From: Deltaproteobacteria bacterium
GTDB taxonomy: Bacteria; Desulfobacterota; Dissulfuribacteria; Dissulfuribacterales; QOAL01
Assembly (NCBI GenBank): GCA_026992735.1
Contig: JALWYO010000020.1
Coordinates: 10,054-74,053 of the forward strand
Reading direction: 5' to 3'
Length of the DNA: 64,000 nucleotides
The notes below the pieces were generated by a model that had not been told where the DNA came from, did not search any database, and was given only the letters and a program-made list of their open reading frames with translations. Shown one piece after another: positions 40,005 through 47,870 of this stretch. Numbering within the stretch: position 1 is the first letter of the stretch; each line of letters starts with the position of its first letter. Position numbers and translations under genes: made by a program.

Positions 40005-41333
40005 ATGAAGAAACTGTCCCTTCAAGATAATACCCTGCTGCATCAGGCATGGAAGGCTCACAGGGAAGGCAGGCTGGATGAGGCCAGGAAGATATACACC
40101 GACCTGATAAAAAAATATCCAGACATGCAGCAAGCCCTGAATGCCCTGGGCACTGTCCTGATGGATATGGGAGAAATGGACCAGGCAGAGGCCTGTCTTA
40201 AAAGAGCCGCAGAGCAGAAAGAGCCCTATGTTCCTGCTCTTTACAATCTTGCCAGGATCAAACAGGTGTCAGGCCGTATAGGAGAAGCCAAGCGCATTTA
40301 CGAGCAGATCATAACAATCAAGGAAGATTTTGGCCCGGCATGGAACAACCTTGCCCTGATCCTGAAAGATGAAGGAATGCACAGGGAGGCATGCATGGCA
40401 ATGCAGGAGGCATGCCGGCTAATGCCAAGACATGCAGAGGCATTTAACAATCTTGGAGTAATGCTCGAGGCAGCAAACCGCTTTCATGAAGCAAAACAGG
40501 CCTTTTCCAGGGCCATAATGCTCCAGGATGACTACATAACAGCACGTTTCAACCTGGCTTGTCTGTATCACAGGCTGGAACGTTTCGACAGGGCTGAGCA
40601 GGAGCTTGAATGGATCATTGCAAGACAGCCTGACAATGTGGCGGCCAGGTATCTCTTGCAGACATTGGGACGCCTGCCTTCACCGGAACGTGCTCCCACG
40701 GAATATGTATCAAAGACCTTTGATGACTGTGCGCTAACCTTTGAAAAAAAGCTCGAGTCCCTGGAATACCAGACTCCGGCAATGCTGTTCCAGATGCTTG
40801 AGCCTTACCTTCAACCAGGCATGGCCATCCTGGATCTCGGATGCGGCACCGGGCTTGGAGCCGGGCTGTACAGAGATTATGCAGATGTCCTGGTTGGCAT
40901 GGACTGCTCTGAAAAAATGCTGAACATTGCAAGGACAAAGAAAATCTACGATAACCTGACAAAACAGGACCTGCTGGAGACATGGCGGATAGACCGCGCA
41001 TTTGACTGCATTTACAGTTCGGATTGCCTGGTATATTTCGGCAATCTTGCCCCGGTATTTTCAAGGGTCATGGAAAATCTTGCGGCAGATGGATATTTCG
41101 GCTTTTCAGTAGAATTATGGAAAGATGGGCATGACACAGAAGATTTCCATCTCGGTCGATCAGGAAGGTTTGCCCACAGTAAAAACTATATCAAATCCTG
41201 CCTTAACAGCGCTGGATTTTCCGTGATGGACATAAGACAATGCCGCATAAGGAAGGAGGCAGGCCAACCGGTAAAAGGCCTGCTCGTGGTTGCACAACGC
41301 CAACCGGCAAATCACAAACAAGGCCCGGCTTAA
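40005..41333 (+). CDS. TPR-repeat protein fused to a class I SAM-dependent methyltransferase
   Basis: The N-terminal ~220 aa are TPR repeats. The C-terminal domain has SAM motif I (ILDLGCGTGLG). Confidence 0.8.
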   Translation: MKKLSLQDNTLLHQAWKAHREGRLDEARKIYTDLIKKYPDMQQALNALGTVLMDMGEMDQAEACLKRAAEQKEPYVPALYNLARIKQVSGRIGEAKRIYEQIITIKEDFGPAWNNLALILKDEGMHREACMAMQEACRLMPRHAEAFNNLGVMLEAANRFHEAKQAFSRAIMLQDDYITARFNLACLYHRLERFDRAEQELEWIIARQPDNVAARYLLQTLGRLPSPERAPTEYVSKTFDDCALTFEKKLESLEYQTPAMLFQMLEPYLQPGMAILDLGCGTGLGAGLYRDYADVLVGMDCSEKMLNIARTKKIYDNLTKQDLLETWRIDRAFDCIYSSDCLVYFGNLAPVFSRVMENLAADGYFGFSVELWKDGHDTEDFHLGRSGRFAHSKNYIKSCLNSAGFSVMDIRQCRIRKEAGQPVKGLLVVAQRQPANHKQGPA

Positions 41334-41786
41334 TCAATCTACCTGACGGTAACAGCGCCATTTGTCCCAGATGATTTTGCTGGATGAAAAAAGTGCTGCA
41401 CCTATAGCAATATAAACACTCCAGACAAGCGATCTGGGCAACGGGCTTGCCCTGAGCAGCTTGCCCATGGCAATCATGAGAACTATCAGCACCCAGCTCC
41501 TGGTGGAAAGAAAACCCCAGAGGCTGGCATCTGGAGGGCGCTTGAATATCCTTGCAACAATCCTGTCCGCCGTTTTTGCAAGCACTATCTTTGCTTTGAC
41601 CAGGCCTGCCACAAGTGCCAGTGCCATCCACAGGTACTTCAAGCTGTCATCAAGCAGGAATATATTCACTATCCCCCTGGCAAACAGAAACAATCCAACA
41701 ATAGACCACATCATGGCAGCCAGAAAGACCTGTTGCCTCTGTGTACTGCCTGAGCCGGGAGTATTTCCATGCATAGTTTCTGTCAT
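41334..41786 (-). CDS. hypothetical membrane protein
   Basis: 150 aa with 4 predicted TM helices. No recognisable motif. Confidence 0.5.
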   Translation of the reverse strand: MTETMHGNTPGSGSTQRQQVFLAAMMWSIVGLFLFARGIVNIFLLDDSLKYLWMALALVAGLVKAKIVLAKTADRIVARIFKRPPDASLWGFLSTRSWVLIVLMIAMGKLLRASPLPRSLVWSVYIAIGAALFSSSKIIWDKWRCYRQVD

Positions 41787-42152
41787 GATATTTTCACCTG
41801 GATTTTAAACATAAGATAGACAAACCAGCCCACATCTGCTGGTATATGACAATGGCTTAACTTGCCATTTTGCAGGATATTCCCCTTTCCATCGACATGT
41901 CAAAAAAACTTTCTGCAGAAACAGACATGAAGCAATGATAAGAGATAAGGATCGAGAGCAGCTTTTCCTGTGACGTATTGCCTTGGAAAAGCCGCCCGCT
42001 GCAAAAGACAGGCAGGCGGCTGACAAGGAAGGCGGAAGTCAGAGAACCTTGCGAAAGGAGGGATTAATAGTTGAGGGGAGTGTTCTCTTCTTCCTTGATC
42101 ACCTTTTACAGACTGTTTTTTTATAACGTAACTTCTCATTATAAATCAGGGA

Positions 42153-42265
42153 TAATGATTTTGGATTACTTTCAGCTCAGTAAAAGCTTGTTTAACACGA
42201 AGTACACGAAGACCACGAAGTGATACTAATATAAATTCTTCGTGTCCTTCGTGAACTTTGTGGTT
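42153..42265. repeat. interspersed repeat family B, full copy with CACGAAG palindrome
   Basis: The first 58 nt match 9051-9108. They are followed by CACGAAGTACACGAAGACCACGAAG ... CTTCGTGTCCTTCGTG, which forms an imperfect hairpin. Confidence 0.7.
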
Positions 42266-42360
42266 ATATAACATAAATGTGAATTACGTCTCCATCTCAC
42301 GTGCTTTTGGGGAATCTGATTTATCACTCAAACAGACACGATTTTTCAAAATACACTGCC

Positions 42361-42762
42361 CTAAAAATCTTCATCATCTTCCGGGACGGGTGGACCTGAC
42401 AGCACCTTTGAGAGCCATTTCTTGAGATCCGTTGTGGGTTGATATACGCCCACACCTGGCTTTATACCGCCTTCTTCAATGGTTTTCAGAAAAAATTCCT
42501 TTTCTATAGGAATTTTTGCCAATTCCTCAACATCTTTGGAAGACCTCCTGAGTAAGGTCGCCTGGGGAGGAGTTTCCCAGTCATAAATGACAAAATAATA
42601 AGACTCATCTTCATCACCGCGGACAAAAGCATTGCCCCTGGTCCAACTTGCCCCCCACTCCAAATACATATCCACTGCTTTCTCTGGAGTCATAGTCCAA
42701 TCTATCTGGTTTACTATATCTCTCTGGGATCTGAGCTCATCTATATTATTCATTACTGCCAT
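42361..42762 (-). CDS. hypothetical soluble protein with acidic C-terminus
   Basis: 133-aa ORF with good coding appearance (DWTMTPEKAVDMYLEWGASWTRGN...). No motif I can name. Confidence 0.55.
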   Translation of the reverse strand: MAVMNNIDELRSQRDIVNQIDWTMTPEKAVDMYLEWGASWTRGNAFVRGDEDESYYFVIYDWETPPQATLLRRSSKDVEELAKIPIEKEFFLKTIEEGGIKPGVGVYQPTTDLKKWLSKVLSGPPVPEDDEDF

Positions 42763-43071
42763 GTCGTGATCTCCTTATTTTAGAATCCTGATTTAAATAG
42801 CACCCTTATTAAGAATGATCCTGTTTCCATAATAGAGACAATGCCAGCAAAAGTCAAGATAAATATGATTTTTTTTATCTCTATTATAACAATCACAAAA
42901 CAGTTACATCTTATTTCTAAATCGAGTCATTCATGACAACGGACATTTTTGCTTACATTTTTGTAGTTTTTTGTTTATAGCTCTTACTTTTTTGTTCAAC
43001 AAAATCAAAATATAAAAACCGAAAAGCAAAAACATTATTTCAATTCAATATGTTATATGAATTTGCACATG

Positions 43072-43086
43072 TGGCATACAGCTTGC
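43072..43086 (+). promoter_or_regulatory. sigma54 (-24/-12) promoter candidate
   Basis: TGGCATACAGCTTGC fits TGGCAC-N5-TTGC with exact spacing. It sits 100 nt upstream of ATG 43186, behind a ~300-bp AT-rich tract. Confidence 0.55.
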
Positions 43087-43185
43087 TTTTATCCTAATAA
43101 ATTCTTCAATATTGAGTGTGGACGCGCAAATATCCACCGGGAGGGAAAAATGAAACATGAAAAATTCTGCAAAAGGAGACACGAG

Positions 43186-44001
43186 ATGAACAGCAAAAAA
43201 GGGACACTTATCTTAGCCGTAATTTTATTGTTATTCATGGGAATTTCCGTGGCCATTCCGGCCAGGGCTGACGAGGAAAGGCCTTCAGCAGACCTTTCTT
43301 TAAGCCTTCTGAGCGCCTACATATGGAGGGGACAGGAACTCAGCAAAAACAGCCTGGTGATACAACCATCAGCCACCTTTTCATACAAGGGTTTTTCAGC
43401 AAACATCTGGGCCAACTATGACACGGATCTTTACAAGGACATCGACGAGCTGGACAACCTTACAGAAACGGATTACACACTTACTTATGAACACGATTTC
43501 GGCATGATAGCTGCCCAGGCAGGCTACATATATTATGCCCTCAACCAAGCGGATGACAGCCAGGAATTATTCGTCTCTGCCACTTTGAATACCATATTGT
43601 CGCCAACCTTCACGATATACAGGGAATTTGCCCATTATCCCAGCACTTACATGACCCTTGAAATATCCCATGGATTTGATTTGCCTGCCGGAATCACCCT
43701 CGACATGGGCCTGCTCGGCAGCGCCATGTTCTCAGATGATTCAGCAGCCTACCCGGACCCGGATGATGCCAGTGACGAGTACTCCGGGCTCCACCATGGA
43801 AAGGCCTCAATATCTATGAATATCCCTTTTACATCTTTCATACACGATCCATCTGCAAGGTATTTTTCAATCACCCCAGAGATAGACTGGGTGTTTCCCA
43901 TCAGTGGTGACGGCTCCAAGGACATGTCAAACAGGGCCCTGGGGGATACCCATCACAACAATTTTGTGTACGGTGGCGCCACATTGAGTCTCTCGTTCTG
44001 A
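43186..44001 (+). CDS. outer-membrane beta-barrel protein of unknown function (TIGR02001/Gcw_chp-like by recollection)
   Basis: Start at MNSKKGTL (RBS AAAAGGAGA). Signal peptide ...ISVAIPARA. Alternating beta-strand pattern. Ends in the aromatic terminus TLSLSF. Confidence 0.7.
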   Translation: MNSKKGTLILAVILLLFMGISVAIPARADEERPSADLSLSLLSAYIWRGQELSKNSLVIQPSATFSYKGFSANIWANYDTDLYKDIDELDNLTETDYTLTYEHDFGMIAAQAGYIYYALNQADDSQELFVSATLNTILSPTFTIYREFAHYPSTYMTLEISHGFDLPAGITLDMGLLGSAMFSDDSAAYPDPDDASDEYSGLHHGKASISMNIPFTSFIHDPSARYFSITPEIDWVFPISGDGSKDMSNRALGDTHHNNFVYGGATLSLSF

Positions 44002-44040
44002 TAACCCAGCAATAATCATGACATAATCTCGGATTATGCA

Positions 44041-44137
44041 GCTCGCAAGTTTGCCGAAGATGCAAAGAGGGAGCACGCAGACGTACTTTGGCACTTCAAA
44101 CGCCTAACAACAAATCAGATTCGGTAAACTTGCGAGC
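44041..44137 (+). mobile_element. MITE-like hairpin element, copy 4 (degenerate, hairpin module only)
   Basis: Stem GCTCGCAAGTTTGCCGAA / TTCGGTAAACTTGCGAGC encloses the loop GCAGACGTACTTTGGCACTTCAAACGC, which is homologous to the loop of copies 1-3. No clear target duplication. Confidence 0.5.
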
Positions 44138-44544
44138 CCCTTGCGGCTTCAAATGCCTGAGGATTTATCACGGATTGAACTTCACCTTTTGGATGAAGGC
44201 GCAACAGGAGCAAATAGCGGTTGCCAAATTTGTCAGAAATGATTGCAAAACCATCTTTTGCTACCTATTGGGATGCAGAATGGTTAGGTATTATTAAACG
44301 GCATCCACACCTGTACGGAAGACCTTTCAAACCTCTCTGCCCGCCAGACCCTTACATAAACCAGGCAAAGCTGTCTTGACATGAAGGCATTAATGGCCTT
44401 ATTGTCTTTTAAGACTAAGGATAGGTATTGATACTATTATTATCAGTTAGACTGATGAGCCTCTGGCCGCCTTCGATTCAGCGCATTGTTATTGCGCCGG
44501 CATGCGGCTTAAACGCAACGGGAGAGGAATATGACCATGACCAG

Positions 44545-44664
44545 TCATCCGCCATAATCTCTCTGTCCGTCGTAGATCCTGATGTGACGCGAGCCTTCAC
44601 GGAGTAATGCGTAAATACTTGCGGCACGATATGGATGCAGAATTCTTATAAATTGATGGGGTTC
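44545..44664 (-). pseudogene. possible C-terminal remnant of a RelE/ParE-family toxin
   Basis: Reads ...FIRILHPYRAASIYALLREGSRHIRIYDGQRDYGG*, resembling the Y-R-I-x-Y...I-x-I-l-r-i-x-H/D-x-R-D tail of ParE/RelE toxins. A full-length N-terminus would collide with the usp gene. Confidence 0.25.
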
Positions 44665-44713
44665 CGGTATAACATTCAAAAGATATCCTAAAATTATCCA
44701 GGAGAGACAGAAC

Positions 44714-45169
44714 ATGATAAAAAAGATATTAGTCGCCAGTGACGGCTCTGATGTTGCCAAAAATGCCGCTGAATTTGCCATGGACCTTGCCTCACAGACC
44801 AAATCCGATATCTACGGCATGTACGTGGCCGATGCCATAGAATACCTTGCAGGCATGAATCTTGCTGAAATGTACCTGCCCATGCACGAGAAGATCATAA
44901 AAAAACTGGAGGAGGAAGGGCGGTCCATAGTCAAAGACCTTGAAGAGATAGCGGCCAAAAGGGGCGTGAACTTCACAGGCAAGGTAATAAAGGGAGAAAA
45001 GCCGGTAAAGGAAATAATTGATGCGGCCAGAAAACAGGGGGCAGACCTGATAGTAGTGGGCTCCCATGGCAAACATGCATCTATCATAGATGTGGCAATG
45101 GGAGAAGTTCCGCTTAAGCTCCTGTCTGCAGACCTGCCTTGCCCCGTAACAGTGGTAAAGCCCAAGTAA
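44714..45169 (+). CDS. universal stress protein (UspA family)
   Basis: 151 aa. KKILVASDGS start and a C-terminal GSHG....GSV-like ATP-binding motif (VVGSHGKH...MGEV). Confidence 0.85.
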   Translation: MIKKILVASDGSDVAKNAAEFAMDLASQTKSDIYGMYVADAIEYLAGMNLAEMYLPMHEKIIKKLEEEGRSIVKDLEEIAAKRGVNFTGKVIKGEKPVKEIIDAARKQGADLIVVGSHGKHASIIDVAMGEVPLKLLSADLPCPVTVVKPK

Positions 45170-45330
45170 GGCCTTAAAGTTAAGGCTGCACTCGTAAACA
45201 CTGAAACCAGGGTCGCTGGAGATAGCTGCTCACAGGATGCCGCATCTGCCATATATTGACACAACAAAGGCATTTATACAGAGAAAGTGCTTTGACCTGT
45301 GATTAGTCACTCAGGAGGTTACATAAGAAT

Positions 45331-45783
45331 TTGTTTTTCTACCATAGACACAACCAGCTGGAAACACATGAGAAAAACAGCCATATCGGCAATAGAAAGA
45401 CTCATCTGGCAAATGAAAGGACATTCCTGGCATGGATACGCACCTCCATAGCGATCATGTCTTTCGGTTTTCTGGTAGAAAAATTTTCACTTTTCCTCTG
45501 GGCAGAAATGGGAACAGGCAGGCCTTCCCGGCTTGCCTCCCTTGCAACATCCAACCTTTTAGGGGTAATGCTCGTTGGCATGGGGGCTTTTTTAGGCCTT
45601 TTTTCCCTGCTGCGCTATGTCCGTGTCCAGAAAGAAATAGAAAATAACGAATTCCGGCCATCCATAGTGCTTGACGTACTATGCGGCCTCATCATCTTTG
45701 CGCTCTCCGGCACCCTCTTCTATTATATTCTGGACTGGCACAACATCCTCATAATGCAACAGGCTCCTGCGGGCAAACCGTAA
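45331..45783 (+). CDS. YidH/DUF202-family membrane protein
   Basis: LANERTFLAWIRTSIAIMSFGF motif, 3 TM helices, TTG start after AGGAGG. Confidence 0.7.
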   Translation: MFFYHRHNQLETHEKNSHIGNRKTHLANERTFLAWIRTSIAIMSFGFLVEKFSLFLWAEMGTGRPSRLASLATSNLLGVMLVGMGAFLGLFSLLRYVRVQKEIENNEFRPSIVLDVLCGLIIFALSGTLFYYILDWHNILIMQQAPAGKP

Positions 45784-45811
45784 TTATTGAATGACTTCAT
45801 ATTGGGATTGA

Positions 45812-47131
45812 TCATTCCTCAATCAATACATTGAATGTCGAGTCATCAAGGTCAAGATCTGCATTATGAACTACAGCCCTTATGTACTTTCTCCCAAGAT
45901 CGAAATCAGACGTATTTGAAAGCCTTACCTTAAACTCCATCTTGTTCCTGGTAATTGCGGAAAAACCGCGAGGATAATACTTGGTGATCTCATATGAGCC
46001 GCCATTAAAATTCTGGATTGAAACCTCGCCAAAATGCTTCTGATCTGTTGCAACAGAAAATATCCTGTAAATCCTGCTTGTCGGGTCGTATGATTCAAAC
46101 TTGCTGTATCCCGTAAATGCATGGAAATCTCCCAGATCTTCCCGCAGATCTATTCTGAAATAAAGAAACTGGTTATCTCTTGCAAGATAAACCCTTCTAA
46201 CATCATAGACAGCATCAGCAGTATCTCCAATCATATCATTTGCCAAAACAGGCAGGCCCTGCCAATCATCAAAATTTCCATCAATGGTAATTGTTTTATA
46301 GGGTATGCAGAAACATCCTGAATCGGTCCTCAAAAAGAATTTTTCCAGCTCAAAAGTTGTTTCACCTATCTCAAGAAGGCCCTTTGATGAATCAATAAAT
46401 GTCAGCTTGATGTCTCCCTGGTCTTTGAATTCCTCAGGCTGCCTGTATGGGCCTCCAGGATATTGGCCACCCTTCCATAATGACAATGTGCCCTGATATA
46501 CCAAGGATCCTTCAGGGAAATCGCCGCTGGAGGTCAACCATCTTGGCGAACCATCGTCACGGTAATTATACCAGGCCATGAACATGGTTCCTCCCCGGGC
46601 CTCTACAAAGAGGCCCATGCCATTAAATGGGGGCACAAACCACCAGCCGGTAAAACCTCCTGAATCCGGCTGATCTGGCGATATATTCTGCATGAAATTT
46701 ACAAGGTTCATGACACCAGACCCGGCATTGTTCAATGTCCATGTCAACTCGATTTTTTTATCCTGGCCATTGGACAGAACTCCCTGGATTGCTCCGGCCT
46801 CCTCGGCATAGGGAGGGGTATATGGCTGTCCCCATGGCCATCCGGTCCATCTGAAGAGCCTGCCACTGAAATGGGTTGAATCTGTTATTTCTCCAGAAGC
46901 TGTGTACCAGACGGGCAGGCCATTTTGATCAAAGACATACCAGGCCAGAAGCCAGTGGTTTTCATCGTCAAACTCCAGGGAAACCCCGGTGCCAGGGGCG
47001 GATCTATCGTACCACCAGCCGCTGAAATCGGATTTCAGAGAGTTATATGCAAATGCCTGATTGATTACCCCCGTAACGACAAATAATGCCGTAAAGCACA
47101 GAAAGACCAAAACATACCGCATCTTACACAT
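45812..47131 (-). CDS. secreted GWW-repeat protein, long paralog with extra C-terminal beta-sandwich-like domain
   Basis: Signal peptide MRYVLVFLCFTALFVVTGVINQAFA. Repeats FSGWWYDRSAPGTGVSLEF and FTGWWFVPPFNGMGLFVEARGGTMFMAWYNY. C-terminal ~170 aa begin ITIDGNFDDWQG. Confidence 0.75.
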   Translation of the reverse strand: MCKMRYVLVFLCFTALFVVTGVINQAFAYNSLKSDFSGWWYDRSAPGTGVSLEFDDENHWLLAWYVFDQNGLPVWYTASGEITDSTHFSGRLFRWTGWPWGQPYTPPYAEEAGAIQGVLSNGQDKKIELTWTLNNAGSGVMNLVNFMQNISPDQPDSGGFTGWWFVPPFNGMGLFVEARGGTMFMAWYNYRDDGSPRWLTSSGDFPEGSLVYQGTLSLWKGGQYPGGPYRQPEEFKDQGDIKLTFIDSSKGLLEIGETTFELEKFFLRTDSGCFCIPYKTITIDGNFDDWQGLPVLANDMIGDTADAVYDVRRVYLARDNQFLYFRIDLREDLGDFHAFTGYSKFESYDPTSRIYRIFSVATDQKHFGEVSIQNFNGGSYEITKYYPRGFSAITRNKMEFKVRLSNTSDFDLGRKYIRAVVHNADLDLDDSTFNVLIEE

Positions 47132-47267
47132 TGACCTGTCCTCCTTTTATTTCAGCCAGGGCCTGAAAACATTCCTGGTTTATGCCATTATATCAAGAAC
47201 AGAGCTTATATTGTAGCATTGAAAAAATTTTTATAGAAAGTAATCCTCTCGTCAACTCCGGGCTTGC

Positions 47268-47870
47268 TCATGACGCCTTGTTGTCCATTGCTGAGATAGC
47301 AAGTCTTGCCAGCCAGGCAAAGAGCAGCCCCCACAAAATGCCCAGTATCATGCCTCCAAGGGTATCTAATGGATAATGCACCCCCAGATAAACCCTGGAA
47401 TAGCAGACCATGACTGCAAGCAGTGCCACTGCCAATCCCTCTGCAATTCGAAAGCCAAAAATATAAGAAGCAGCAGTCCAGATATTGAAAGCATGGCATG
47501 AGGGCCATGACAGGCTTGGCTTGAATCCGCTCCTGAGACCCGGATCAATAATGAGCCACTTGTGGCCTTTGAACACATATAAACCATCTATGTCCAGATA
47601 CGGCCTGTATCTGCCAATAATTGGCTTCAGAACCCTGGCACACATGGCATCACTGGAGATAACGGCCAAAATACCCACTATCCACATGATCCTCTCGGCA
47701 GTTCCTCCACGCACCAGCCTATATATAATGAAGGCAGCAATCAGGGGTAAAAAAAGATTGAAGTCAGATACGGTCTTCATTACAAAATCCAGTGCCGGAC
47801 TCCTTGCATGATTTATCAGGAGGAGCAGCTTTACGTCAACCTGCTGAAGATACCCCGCTATCCCGGTCAT
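47268..47870 (-). CDS. PAP2-family lipid phosphatase
   Basis: PAP2 motifs KPIIGRYRP, SWPSCH and SRVYLGVHYPLD. Confidence 0.85.
   Translation of the reverse strand: MTGIAGYLQQVDVKLLLLINHARSPALDFVMKTVSDFNLFLPLIAAFIIYRLVRGGTAERIMWIVGILAVISSDAMCARVLKPIIGRYRPYLDIDGLYVFKGHKWLIIDPGLRSGFKPSLSWPSCHAFNIWTAASYIFGFRIAEGLAVALLAVMVCYSRVYLGVHYPLDTLGGMILGILWGLLFAWLARLAISAMDNKAS

Noticed and set aside
44445-44550. Hammerhead-ribozyme-like core: CUGAUGAG at 44452-44459, with a GUC-containing hairpin AUGAC..GUCAU-C at ~44531-44548.
   Set aside because: Stem II would carry a ~75-nt insertion. The G12-A13-A14 junction has an extra U before stem III. The sequences flanking the core cannot form stem I. The conserved core geometry is therefore not satisfied.
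44621-44640. GGCAC-containing motif (CGGCACGATATGGATGC) upstream of usp as a sigma54 promoter.
   Set aside because: The -12 element is not TTGC at the required spacing; only the -24 half matches.
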